Origin: Prasinococcaceae sp. CCMP 1430
Lineage: Eukaryota; Plantae; Prasinodermophyta
DNA length: 64,000 bases
Direction: 5' to 3'
Assembly (NCBI GenBank): GCA_013416795.1
Contig: RQSC01000004.1
Coordinates: forward strand, 270,787-334,786
Under the pieces are notes generated by a model. That model was not told where the DNA came from. It saw only the letters and a list, made by a program, of their open reading frames with translations, and ran no database searches. Below, piece by piece: positions 12,958 through 23,417 of the stretch (position 1 is its first letter; each line of letters begins with the position of its first letter). Position numbers and translations under genes: made by a program.

Positions 12958-13162
12958 CACGCGGGAAGGACTCCTTGCAGCTTGCGAGTATCCAAAATTG
13001 CTGATTAGTGACTCTAGTACATAGACATGGCGACACAATCACTGGCAGGGCCTGATGACCCACAGCGTAGTACATCCAATTCATCCGACACGTACTCTAG
13101 AGACTCACGAGCACGCCGGGCGCTGGAGTCGAAGCGAATCGTACTTGATGATATGAGCTGAG

Positions 13163-14677
13163 TCACGCGCGCCTAGACCTGCGCTTGTGGATCCTCGCTG
13201 CAACAGCCATGATGCCGGCGCAGAGTAGGAGCACGAAGAAGGCGCCCGCGCCGGCGGCGCCACGACCCGAGCTCGCCCCCGCCGCCACTTTCGCGCTCCT
13301 CGGCCATGTGGTCGCGGCCGAGGTAGTGGCCGCCTTGAACGCGGCAGCAACTTTGTCCGTAGGAGGAAAGGGATACAGCATGAAGTTCATGACAGCTTGC
13401 CCGATAGCGTCTGGCACCCCCGGCTGGCAGAAGTGCGAGCAGTCGGGCAGCTCGTAAGGCATGGCGTCGGCCGCATCCGCTGTCATCTCCCAAATGGGAA
13501 GCACCGGGATGCCCGCCTGAAGTATGATGGATGGAACGTTGCGGTTCCGAAAGTCCGTCCTTTCCATGACCTCCCTGGGCCACGCGCCGCACGCGGCCCC
13601 CTCGGCGTTGAGGGGCATGTCCGCGCTCTTGCTGTAGCTGTTCGAGACGTTGTAAATACCTCCGGGCGTATTCCAGTGCTGCGCGGAAGAGTCCAGCCAC
13701 ACCATGTGCGGCAGCGCCATGGGGCTTCCTCCGGCGCCGGCAGCGCCCCCCGAGTCGATCTGTGGCGAGCGACTGCGCACGAGGTCCGCCATCATGCGCG
13801 CTTGCGCGTCGAGGTCCCTTTCCGCGCCGAACGAGTACCACGCTCCCGTGTTAACGACCACCAGGTCCCCGGCGCCGAAATCGTCCTCGGAAATGGCCTT
13901 CCGCACGGTGCTCGACAGCTCGAAGGCGCTCTTGTACAAGCGCAGTTCGGTGCCCTTCGCGAACTTGAGCACCGCCGACTCGATCTGCCCCTGTGGCCCC
14001 GTCGAGTGCGCGCATCGCCCGCGATAGCACCTGAAGTCGTACAAAGGGTGACCCTTTATGCTCGGCTGGTCCTGCCAGCGCACGTACGAGCCCGCCTTGA
14101 GCGCGCTGCCGGGCGCGTCCGGGTTCATTGGGCCACACAGCATCCCGTCGCACCCGAGGTCGCTCACCTCCAGGTACTTGAGTATGCGGCACGCCACAGC
14201 CACAAACACCTGTCCAATCACGCTGTCGCCGACGAAGGCGACCTTCTTGCCCTCTATGCGCGTGAGTACCTCGTGCGCGAGCCCGAACTGGAAATCTTGA
14301 TCGCCACGCATCGCGCAGCCCGATGGCTCATAGCGTCGTGCGGCGATCTCGGCCGCGCGCTCGATGCCGAGGTGCGCGCAGCTCCACGGCGCCTGCTCCA
14401 GCGGACAGCTCAGATTCCAGTAGTGCGAGCTCACGGGAGCACCGCTGTGGGTGAGCTTCGGCCCAGCGCTCGGTGCGTGCCAGCGTCCCCTGAGGCTGTC
14501 GCGGCGGATCATGTCAGAAAGCCGCGTGAAGCACGCAGGACGCGGGTCGGGACGAGCCCTGCCGTCGCCTGTGCTGCCGGAGGTCCCCGCATGGCGCGAC
14601 TCCCGCGCGCGCTCGGCCGCGCTGGCGGCCGCGTTCGCCTCCGCTCCCACGAGCGCGCGCGCCTGTCCCGCCGTCAT
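13163..14677 (-). CDS. Trichome-birefringence-like (TBL / PC-esterase) SGNH O-acetyltransferase with a C-terminal hydrophobic helix
   Basis: PMR5N-like segment (RGRW...SCP...WSC...RRYEPSGC), GKKVAFVGDS (GDS), DLVVVNTGAWY, DCSHFCQPGVPD (DxxH), and C-terminal AFFVLLLCAGIMAVAARIHKRRSRR. Start uncertain (ATG 14677 or 14512). Confidence 0.85.
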   Translation of the reverse strand: MTAGQARALVGAEANAAASAAERARESRHAGTSGSTGDGRARPDPRPACFTRLSDMIRRDSLRGRWHAPSAGPKLTHSGAPVSSHYWNLSCPLEQAPWSCAHLGIERAAEIAARRYEPSGCAMRGDQDFQFGLAHEVLTRIEGKKVAFVGDSVIGQVFVAVACRILKYLEVSDLGCDGMLCGPMNPDAPGSALKAGSYVRWQDQPSIKGHPLYDFRCYRGRCAHSTGPQGQIESAVLKFAKGTELRLYKSAFELSSTVRKAISEDDFGAGDLVVVNTGAWYSFGAERDLDAQARMMADLVRSRSPQIDSGGAAGAGGSPMALPHMVWLDSSAQHWNTPGGIYNVSNSYSKSADMPLNAEGAACGAWPREVMERTDFRNRNVPSIILQAGIPVLPIWEMTADAADAMPYELPDCSHFCQPGVPDAIGQAVMNFMLYPFPPTDKVAAAFKAATTSAATTWPRSAKVAAGASSGRGAAGAGAFFVLLLCAGIMAVAARIHKRRSRRA

Positions 14678-14845
14678 CGCCCCTCGCCCCCCACCCCACC
14701 TCCCTGCGCACCCTGTGGCGCACGCACGCCCCTTTCGTGATGGGTCGCGGCCCCCTCCCACGCCCGCCACGCCCAGGCTCCCGCCTGCGGGTGCGCCGCC
14801 ATTCCCCCGAGCCGCGGCTCCGTTGGTTGTTCGGAGTGATTTGAT

Positions 14846-16597
14846 TTGCATCTGCGCCGGCCGCCATCGCAACGCACCGTGCCGCTGTCCTGCTGCGCGT
14901 GCGCTTCCCTGCTGCCGCGCGGCACACGCCGCGCGCGCGGCGCCGACCCTCGCGCGTCTGGACGCGCTGGCGGCGTCCGGCGTGCGCTTCCCGCGCGCGT
15001 CGACACCGCGCTGCATGGCACGGGGCTCGTCGAGGCGGTGGTCGCAGCGGCCGCAGCGGCAGCGGGCAAGTCGGTGCTGCACGCCGACGCAGAGGGGCGG
15101 TACGGCGGCGCGTGGGCCACGCTGAGCCTCGACGAGGCGCACGAAATGCACCAGCGGTGCGAGCGAGCCGGCGGCGGTGGCGCATACGAGGCGGTGCGCG
15201 TGGCATCTCACGAGGGAGGCTCCGGCGAGCTGCGCGCGTCACGCGAGTACCTGATCGACGCTTGCGGCCCGGTGGCGCTGCTGAGCGCGGGAGCCGCGGT
15301 CGAGGCCCTCGTTGCGAGCGGCGCACACCAGTACCTTGACTTCAAGGCGAGCAGCGGCACATACATGCTCAGCGCGTCGGCACGCTCTCTGCGACGCGTG
15401 CCAGGCGGCCGCGCCGATGTTTTCGAGGACACTGCCCTGAGCGTCGGCGAGAAGCGCGCGCTCATGCGGCTCCTCACTGGCGCGCAGAAGGCTGCGCAGG
15501 CAGAACCGGGCGCTGCGCTGAAGTTTTGCGGAGCAGATAGCTTAGAAAGCGCGACGTTTGCAGACGCGCTTGCGAAGAACGGCGTCGGGGGCGAGGTAGC
15601 GGATATGGTCACGTACGCAGTCGCCGGCCTGGACTCGCCCGACGTGAGCGCCGCGTCGGCGCTGGAAGCTCTGGTCCGGTACACGCAGTCGGTGGGACGC
15701 TTCGGCCCTGGACAGGGAGCGTTCTTGGTGCCGAGGTACGGTGCGTCTGAGCTGCCCCAGGCGTTCTGCCGAGCGGCCGCCGTGCACGGTGCAATCTACA
15801 TGCTGCGCACCGGAGTGGAGCTCGTCGGAAGCGCCGAGGTCGACGGTGCGGCGGCGACCGTCATCAAGCTCTCCAGTGGAGAGAGCATTGAGTGCAGCGC
15901 GCTAGTGCTCGATGCGAGGAGCGCACACGACGTCGCAGGCGAGGGATGCCTCGCGCTGGTAGATTGCACGAGCGGGGTCGCGCGTCTGGCGGTCGTGCTA
16001 AGCGGATCGCTCGTCGAGGCTCCCGCCGAGGGCGATGCAAGCACTGTCGGGGGGGAGGCGGACGTCATCGTCGCGGTCGTGCCCCCTGAATTCCCTGGCA
16101 TTGGCAACAAGGCGGCCGTCCGCTGTTTGCAGGTTGGTAGCTCCACCGCGCAGTGCCCGGCGGGCCAGTGCGTTCTCTACCTGGCGACCGAGGTCGACAG
16201 CACGGACGCCGACTGCGCCGACGCCTTGCTCCGGACGACTCTCGAGGTCATGATTGCAGCGAATCAGTCCAGCGCCCCGCCGAGTGCGTTGTGGAGCATG
16301 TTCACGTTCCAACGATCACTGGCATGCACCGATAGCACCGATGTGCGAGGACAGGCGGGCGTCGGCGCTCTAGTGCCTGGTGCTGCGCCGGACGCCTCGA
16401 TTGGCTGCGAGTCGGCGCTGGCGGCGGCGCTGTCATCGTGGGGACGTGTGGCATCGGCGGTCGGCATGGGCGCCGACGGAAAGGGCGGCGATGGCACGCG
16501 TGAGCTCTTTCCAGCCGACGAACAGGGAGGCGATGATAGCGACGAGGATGATCTCGCTCTTCTGAGCAGCGCCGCGCTGGGCGACGATGAATTGTGA
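14846..16597 (+). CDS. REP: Rab escort protein (GDI/CHM family); start codon unresolved
   Basis: VDTALHGTGLVEAVVAAAAAAAGKSVLHADAEGRYGGAWATL, AVEALVASGAHQYLDFK, RRVPGGRADVFEDTALSVGEKRALMR, PRYGASELPQAFCRAAAVHGAIYML and an acidic C-terminus. The track start at 14846 is TTG. Confidence 0.88.
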   Translation: MHLRRPPSQRTVPLSCCACASLLPRGTRRARGADPRASGRAGGVRRALPARVDTALHGTGLVEAVVAAAAAAAGKSVLHADAEGRYGGAWATLSLDEAHEMHQRCERAGGGGAYEAVRVASHEGGSGELRASREYLIDACGPVALLSAGAAVEALVASGAHQYLDFKASSGTYMLSASARSLRRVPGGRADVFEDTALSVGEKRALMRLLTGAQKAAQAEPGAALKFCGADSLESATFADALAKNGVGGEVADMVTYAVAGLDSPDVSAASALEALVRYTQSVGRFGPGQGAFLVPRYGASELPQAFCRAAAVHGAIYMLRTGVELVGSAEVDGAAATVIKLSSGESIECSALVLDARSAHDVAGEGCLALVDCTSGVARLAVVLSGSLVEAPAEGDASTVGGEADVIVAVVPPEFPGIGNKAAVRCLQVGSSTAQCPAGQCVLYLATEVDSTDADCADALLRTTLEVMIAANQSSAPPSALWSMFTFQRSLACTDSTDVRGQAGVGALVPGAAPDASIGCESALAAALSSWGRVASAVGMGADGKGGDGTRELFPADEQGGDDSDEDDLALLSSAALGDDEL

Positions 16598-16651
16598 GGC
16601 TTATCGTGCATTACCATGTGCATCGCCAGAGTCCTCAGCGGCGAGAGGCGC

Positions 16652-18124
16652 TCAGTCATTGTCGGTGGCGGACACCACAACCAGGCGATTCTCCGGCGAG
16701 ACAGACTCCTCGGCGTACCGCACAACCTCAGCGCTCACCTTGCCCACGCCCAGTATCGCCAGCTTCTCCTTGAGCCACTGCGCGCGCCCACAGTCGAGCA
16801 ATCTCTTGCATCGCACGCCCATGGCGATGCGCTGGTCCTCATCGAGGCCGAGTGCAGCTGCGGCCGCAGCTGTGCCGGCTGCTGGCGTCAGTGTGTGGCC
16901 GCCGCCGTCCGGGTCGGTTGCGACGATCTCTTCGCTGCCTTGGATGTCACTGTGCCCCTTGCCTGCTGCCGCCGCCGCCGTTGCAGTGGTGCCCCAGCTT
17001 GACATTTTAGCGATGGCCTGGAAAAGTCTCAAGCTGATCCCGTGCTTGGACAGCAGCTGCTGGTTCACGTACTCTTCAAACAGGCAACGGTGGTGACAGC
17101 ACGGTGCCATGGCGACCCCGCACAACCTTGCGCCGGCAGCCGCGATCGCGTCAGCCTCCGAGCCCGCTGCGTCGGCCGCCAGCCCGACCGCACAGCGAAG
17201 CGCGTAGTCCGTCCCAACGCCGCAGACATGCTTCCCTACACAGACGACGCGCCTGCCGCGCAGCGATTTGACCCCAGCCAACCGCACGTCGGCGAGGTCT
17301 GCGCGCAACCTGTCAACGTCGCCGCCCATAGCGCGCAATGCGCGGTCCGCCTTGAGACGAAACGAGTCCCTGTCGACCATCACGAATCGTCGCGGCCCAC
17401 CCGCGGCTACCATCATGCTTAGGTACCCGCGGCCTGCGCCGAACTCGACACACGCAAGCGTCTCGGCACTTTCGTCGCAAGCCGCGGCGCGCGGCAGCAC
17501 ACCGCGCTCAAGCATGTGCCCGAGAAATGAAGCGCCCTGCGCTGCGTGTTTCAGCTGCATGGGTGGAACGTGGCCCCCGGTGAGTGCTCGCCCTGTCCGA
17601 TCGCCCGACAGCAGCTGCTCGGCCTGCGCAGGTCGCAGGGTACCACCCGCGAGCGGCACGTCCCAACCCTCCGCCGCCAGAGCTTTGTCGACGGCCTCCA
17701 GCGCTGCGCGCAGCTCGCACGTCGAGAATTCGGTGAGCGCAGGCGAGCGGACAGCCACGCCTCGGCGCGCCGCTCGGTTGATGCCTGCGCTGTGCCATGG
17801 CTGTGCGTCACGACGGGCGACGCGCACCGCCGCCGGACACTTGCGCACGTGCTTCTCCATCGCCGCGGACGCCACAGGCGTGCCACAGTGCATGCACGCC
17901 ACCCTGTCACCCCCTCGCGCGTGCGCCGCACAGAACTCACCGCACACCGCCGTCAGCCCGCACCGGCGCCCCTTGCGGGGAAGCACGTGCGCGCAACGCG
18001 CCTGGCCGAGCCGGTTCGTTGCTGCAGCCGCCGCCTCGGCGGCCTCGGCACGACCAGCGGCGCGCGGCGCGGCGCGTGGCGCGCGCTCGCGCTCACGCTC
18101 GCGCGCGTCACCTTCCAATCCCAT
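16652..18124 (-). CDS. TRM13: tRNA:m4X modification methyltransferase TRM13
   Basis: N-terminal CCCH (CAHVLPRKGRRC...FCAAH) and CHHC (CMHC...HVRKC) fingers, VEFGAGRGYLS, VGKHVCGVGTDYALRC, APCCHHRC, SPENRLV. Confidence 0.92.
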   Translation of the reverse strand: MGLEGDARERERERAPRAAPRAAGRAEAAEAAAAATNRLGQARCAHVLPRKGRRCGLTAVCGEFCAAHARGGDRVACMHCGTPVASAAMEKHVRKCPAAVRVARRDAQPWHSAGINRAARRGVAVRSPALTEFSTCELRAALEAVDKALAAEGWDVPLAGGTLRPAQAEQLLSGDRTGRALTGGHVPPMQLKHAAQGASFLGHMLERGVLPRAAACDESAETLACVEFGAGRGYLSMMVAAGGPRRFVMVDRDSFRLKADRALRAMGGDVDRLRADLADVRLAGVKSLRGRRVVCVGKHVCGVGTDYALRCAVGLAADAAGSEADAIAAAGARLCGVAMAPCCHHRCLFEEYVNQQLLSKHGISLRLFQAIAKMSSWGTTATAAAAAGKGHSDIQGSEEIVATDPDGGGHTLTPAAGTAAAAAALGLDEDQRIAMGVRCKRLLDCGRAQWLKEKLAILGVGKVSAEVVRYAEESVSPENRLVVVSATDND

Positions 18125-18564
18125 CTCGCTGGCCCCGCCCACCTTGCCCACCTGCCCGCCCGCCGCCCACGCGGCGCCGCACGCTGGGTGGGCTGTGGCA
18201 GCGCCCTCAGCGCTGGCGACCGACCGGGCCCTCCGCTTCGACCTCAAACAACATATTCACGCCCATTGCAATGATGTGACTACTTGGCCGGGGCAGTCGC
18301 GCTCGCGGCGACAGACGCGCGGGAGAGAGACGAACGCGCAGTGGTGGGGTGTGCTCCGGGTGCGCGCGCAGCTTCGCTCGCATGGTAGTTGGCGGGCGGC
18401 GGCTGGCATGTGAGGTCCGCGCTGCGCTCGGGCTGTCGCATTTCTATGGCACATGATTTAGCGGCTGGGCTAAGAACCTAGCACGAGCGGCCGCACTGTC
18501 GCGTGCGGCGCGGCGGCCTTCTACCTCTACCCCTACGTGCAGCATGCGGGCGGTGGCGCTGCGC

Positions 18565-19516
18565 TCAACCGCGCAGGAACGACAGGTATGCCGTCCAGAC
18601 GAAGCTCACCACATGGCGCACTGGCATGCGAAGCCACAGCGGTGCGGAGAAGCACACGATGTCCGTGGGCACCCACACGTACACCAGCTGCGGCACGTCC
18701 GTCCACCAGTTCGCGACGTACTTGCTGCAGCCGTCCTGCACCCACGCCACGGGGTCGCTCTTGCCGCCCTGGACCATCTCTTTCACGCAGTAGAACGTCG
18801 GCAGATATATGAGCGGGAGGTGGATGATGGCGTCCAGGAAGACTGTTGAAGGCACGCAGCGCGAGCGTCAAGAGGAGCGCGCCGGCGATCGTCCATCGCG
18901 ATGGGTTGACGGAGGCGTGCGAGATCCCGTCAGCACTCGGCGACGAGAGTCGAGCGCGGGCGGCAGTGCGCACGAGGTCCGTGTGCGCCCTCGCGGCCAG
19001 GGCGCGGGTGCCTCGGCGACAGCGCGGCGCGCATGCGCTCACCTTGCTTGGCCATGTCTATCTGGCCCCTCGTGTCCTTGAGCTTGGCCGCCCACGAGGC
19101 CTCCGTGAAGCGCAACATGTTGGGAAAGAGCTTGCTGAAGATGTTGACCTGTATCAACCACTGGAAGCCCCCCAGGTAGGCCGCACCAAACACGACGAAC
19201 GACAGGTTGCGCTGCCAGTCGATCTCGTCGAAGCTCTTCTTCTCGACGGCCACCTGGGTGAGCAGGTCCGCCGCCGACGTCTTGCACGTCGCGATGATGA
19301 TGTTGTTTGCAAATGGGTAGGTCTTCTGGAAGGCCACGATGGCACCCATCACGCCAGGCGTGGCCTGCGCCGCCTCGACGGCCTCCGCGGTGGCGGGCCC
19401 GCCTTTGGACGCGAACGCCCGCCCGGCGGGCGCCGCCGCGCGCCTCGCGGCAGCGCTCGCGGCGAACCCCGCAGCCGAGGAGCACGGCGCGCGGAATGCG
19501 TGCGCGGTGGCCCGCG
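18565..19516 (-). CDS. Mpv17/PMP22-family membrane protein; 2 exons, intron 18843-19042; 5' end obscured by the N at 19517
   Basis: PFANNIIIATCKTSAADLLTQ...IDWQRNLSFVVFGAAYLG, spliced to KQ|VFLDAIIHLPLIYLPTFY...VWVPTDIVCFSAPLWLRMPVRHVVSFVWTAYLSF. The Ala/Arg-rich N-terminus resembles an organellar presequence. Confidence 0.85.
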
Positions 19517-20590
19517 NACGCCGCGCGCTCGCAGAGGGGGGAGTGCGCGCGCACTCGCGCGCGCCGCCCGCGGCGCACCGCTCCCCGCGCGCGCCGTGAG
19601 AATGCGATCCGCAGGGCGCAAACCCTCCCGCGCAGCTCATCAGGCAGGCAGCTCAAAAAGTGAAGAAAGCGAAGCCTCATACTCCATCCACAGCTGCTCG
19701 CTGCTGCGTCCCGACTCGACTCCCGGTGTCTTCGAGTCCTGGCTGATGGCACGTCCACCGCAAAGGTGGGCACCCGGCATCGCGCCTCGCGCCTAAAGGG
19801 TGTGTGTAGCTCGCCCGTGGGAGAGAGAACGCCTCCGCGACGTACAGTATCGAACTGTTCTGGACAGCGCACACCTGGGGTGCGCCATGACGAACCCGGG
19901 GGAAAGCCAGCGGCGTCGGCGCCGGACGCAGGGGGGGACGCGGGGGCTCCCCCGGGGGTCGAAGGGGCGCGTCCGGTCTGCGGGGAGGATCGATCGAACG
20001 TGGGTCGTTCAAGCGGCCGAGCCGACGTGCGAGGCACGCCTTGGCCATCGTGTGGCCCGCGTGCCGCTGCGGCGCGACGCTCACGTCCAAAGGCGAGCGT
20101 CCAGTCACCGCGGACCGCGACAGTTCCGGTCAGGTTTGCTATTTGGGGCTGGGGGCGACGGCTCAGATCAGGGTTTGTTGCAGCGTTTTGGGTGGGCGCC
20201 GGGCGCGCCGCGCGAAGCGGCACAGCACGCCCGCGCGGCGCGCGCGGCGAGCTCGTGGCGAGGCGGCACGGGCGGGCGCGGCGACGCAGGCCGCGGCGAC
20301 GCAGGCCGCGGCAGAGGGCGCGTCGAGGTCAGCGGGGTGTGGGAGCGGGCAAGCGGTCCGAAGCCGGTCCGGCGCGCTGCTTGGTGCGGTGATCCCCCGC
20401 TGCGGCTCCCCCCCCAACACACACCGGCGAACGCAGCCGTTACACCTCGGGCGGCCGTTACGGCGCGAGGAGGCGGCGCGCGGCACGCGGCGCGGCGCGC
20501 CCGCAAAGGGCAAAGGGCGGCTAGACGGTCCGGGGGGTGCGGCTGCGGGTGAAACGGGGCGGCGCGGGCGCCTTGTGACTCCAGGAGCCC

Positions 20591-21247
20591 ATGCCGGGCG
20601 ATGGCGCGATGGCAATGCCCCACCACACCAAGGAGGAGGTGGAGGCAATGCGGGGCGGCATGGTGCGCCGCGTGAAGCAGAGGCTCGCGCCGCTGCATGC
20701 CACGTACGGCGCGCTCGTGTGCGCGGACCCGGCATGCAAGATATGCAATCCGAACGACATCATCGTGGAGGGGGGTCTGCGCAGAAAGGTGGTCAGGTGC
20801 CGCAACTGCCGCGCGGCGATGGAGAGCCACGAGGTGATCGCCAGGGAGGTGCTGCAGGTGCACACCTGCGGCGACGCGTGCGCCGCGTCGCCGCTGCTCT
20901 CTCTCGAAGGCGAGGCCGCTGGCGCCTCGGACACGGACGTGGTCAAGCGGTGCGGCTGCACTATTCACTTTCGTCCCTACGCCTTCTGCGATGTGTGCTT
21001 CCAGTGGGCCAAGGATCCCGGGGGGGACCCACCGCACTGCCGTGGCATTGCGGCCGCGCGTAGGATGCTCATCGACACGCCTGGCGTGCGCTCAGACCTC
21101 TCGTATAGGCAGGCGGACAGCAACCGCGTGTGTGCGGTGTGCACCGAGGTCGCCAACAAGGTGTGCCGATGCAAGAGCGTACGCTACTGCAGCGAGACGT
21201 GTCAGCGGGCGCACTGGAAGGAACACAAGGCCCAATGCAAGCGCTGA
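20591..21247 (+). CDS. MYND-type zinc finger protein with a Cys-rich N-terminal region
   Basis: C-terminal CAVCTEVANKVCRCKSVRYCSETCQRAHWKEHKAQC is a zf-MYND pattern. ATG start and coding-like codon usage. Confidence 0.8.
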   Translation: MPGDGAMAMPHHTKEEVEAMRGGMVRRVKQRLAPLHATYGALVCADPACKICNPNDIIVEGGLRRKVVRCRNCRAAMESHEVIAREVLQVHTCGDACAASPLLSLEGEAAGASDTDVVKRCGCTIHFRPYAFCDVCFQWAKDPGGDPPHCRGIAAARRMLIDTPGVRSDLSYRQADSNRVCAVCTEVANKVCRCKSVRYCSETCQRAHWKEHKAQCKR

Positions 21248-21363
21248 GAAGTGCGCGCACGGGCCGGAGCCGCAGTGTTGGCACGCACCCGCTGCCTTCA
21301 GAGAATGAAGTTATTACAGCATACAGTAGTATTACAGCAAGTCATTTCCTAGCTGGCTAGAGC

Positions 21364-22756
21364 TTAGGCGGCCTTGCTCTCTGCCTTGATCGAGCTGCCA
21401 GTGGGTTGTCCGACCATGGGCAGAATCCACGTCCACACAGGCCCCGAGCCGAAGACCAGGCGGGCGTTGTCCATTTTCTCGCCCCAGCTGAGACGCACGT
21501 GCGGGTCTCGACCAGATTCGGCCGACTTGAGCACGGCGATGTACGTTTCTCCGCTCAGCAGATATCCCAGCTGCTGCGCCAAGAGGATGCCGACGAGGAC
21601 CAACACTGTCCCGCACGCGACGATGAGATACAGGCACGCGAGGCGTGGCACGGAGCGGGGCCAGTCGACGCACTTCGAGAGCACGTACATGAGTCGATCG
21701 TTCGTGCGGCGGGGAAGAGGAATGGGAGAGAACATCAGCTGCTTGACCTCGTCGTAAGTGAACTGGTCCGAATAGCGCACGACGATAATCATAGTAAGGG
21801 CGAGCACATACGACACAGAAAGCACTGCCCAGTAGAGGAAGAGGATGAAGTGACGTCGATTGGAGGCACCCACCGCCTGCAGCGGGACCGCGGAGGCGCG
21901 GCCCAGCGCGAGAAGGGCGCGCGGGCGGGCGTCAGTGCGCGTGCGCGCGCGCGCAAAAGCGCGTGCGCGCGCGTGTAAAAGCGCGTGTGAGCGCGTGTGC
22001 GCAAGGTACACTCACGTTGTTGATGAACGGGCAGAAGTGGTCCAGGTCGCGCACGCAGCGGCCACTGGCACGGCAGTGGTGGCTGTCGGGTGGCTTGGGC
22101 GCCTTACACCTTTTGCAGTAAAAGTGATTGTCCAGACCGAGCGGTGGCACCGCGTCGGTGCTTCCATACGCGAGGCGAGGCACGTATCCCGGGTCCTCGA
22201 AGCACGCGCAAAAATAATTGAAGAACGTGTTGAAGGAGAGCGTGATGCAGATAGCCCAGGCGACGTAGTACATCGCCGCCGGTGGTGGCGGCAGCAGCAC
22301 GGGGTACAGCTTGCACACGCCCAGCACGATGATTGAAATGATGAGCACGATGACCGTCGGCAGCATGACCAGCCCGAGGAGTCGCCGCAACGGCAGTGGC
22401 GTTCCGCAGCGGCTCAAACAGGTCGCCGCGCCGCGCGTGCACGTGTGCGCCGCGTCTCCCACCCGTGCGAGCAACCCCCCTCGTCGGCTGCCGCCATCGC
22501 CCGCGGCTGCGCCTTTGTGCGCCGCTCCTCCGCGCGGCCGCTCCTCCTCCGTGATCGCGCCGCAGTAGCCGCACTTGAAGATGGGCGCGCCGGCCGGGGG
22601 CCGCACTCGCACGCTGCAGCCCCAGCACGTGACCACGCCGCCCGCCTCCAGCCCGTCCTGCGCGTCCTGGAGCTTCCCCTCGCGCGCCTGCGGCTGCTGC
22701 GCCTGCTGCGCGTCGCCTCCACCGCCCGCGCCGCCGCCGTCTATTCCGCCGTCCAT
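21364..22756 (-). CDS. PAT11: DHHC-family protein S-acyltransferase, PAT11-like, with a DHFC motif; 2 exons (22756-22016, 21876-21364)
   Basis: N-terminal TCWGC...APIFKCGYCGAIT (recalled as characteristic of Arabidopsis PAT11), four TM segments, YCKRCKAPKPPDSHHCRASGRCVRDLDHFCPFINN|AVGASNRRHFILFL, and QQLGYLLSGETY (TTxE-like). Intron 21877-22015 (GTGAGT...CTGCAG). Confidence 0.87.
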
Positions 22757-23417
22757 CGCCTCCGGCGGGCGCGCTGCCCCGCCCCGCGCGCCACCGCGAT
22801 GTGAATGTATGGGCATCCCAACAAGCGATCGTGATTGAGAGGGCCGTCCACCGCGCCCGCACGCGCAGTGGCCCGCCCCCCGGCCCATCGGCCGCTCGCT
22901 CGAGCCTCGTCCGGCCCGGCAGGGGGAGGTGAGCAACGACCGACCGACCGACGAGACCGGCGCCCCCCCCATCCCCCCGGCGCGCCCCCGAACTTGGATT
23001 ATTCGTCAGGCTTCCAAAGGCGCGGGAGCGCGCGCGGCAGCGAGCGGTGCGCATTTCTTCCATGTGTTTCTGAGTTTTTGTCCCAGCCCGGCGAGGTGCT
23101 CTTTCAACAACATGAAGCTTTTCGGAATCCGTTGCGCATTCGTTTCTTCTTTCCGCGGAAGCACAAGGCATCCGTACTTGCCCTCGGCCCGAGTTTTTGA
23201 GTCTCGACTTCGGCGCGCGCGGCTGTGGCTGTTGGAGAGGTGGCCGCTGCAGGGCGTGCGCCACCACGCGCAGCGCGCGCGCTCCCCCCCCCCCCCCGGC
23301 GGGCCCTTGGCCCGTCGGGCGCCGGCGAGGAGGAGGGACTTGGGGTCGAGGGGTGGAAAAGCTCCCCTATTCGTTCGCTCTACCCTCCCACCCGCGGCGC
23401 CGGCGCGAGGGCGCGGT

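Noticed and set aside
19720-19750. TTCGAGTCC resembling a tRNA T-loop
   Set aside because: The flanks do not form a T-stem, and no D-arm, anticodon arm or acceptor stem can be built.
19640-20590. About 950-bp ORF-poor interval between the Mpv17 and MYND genes
   Set aside because: No recognisable protein motif, RNA gene or repeat. Consistent with a divergent promoter and UTRs.
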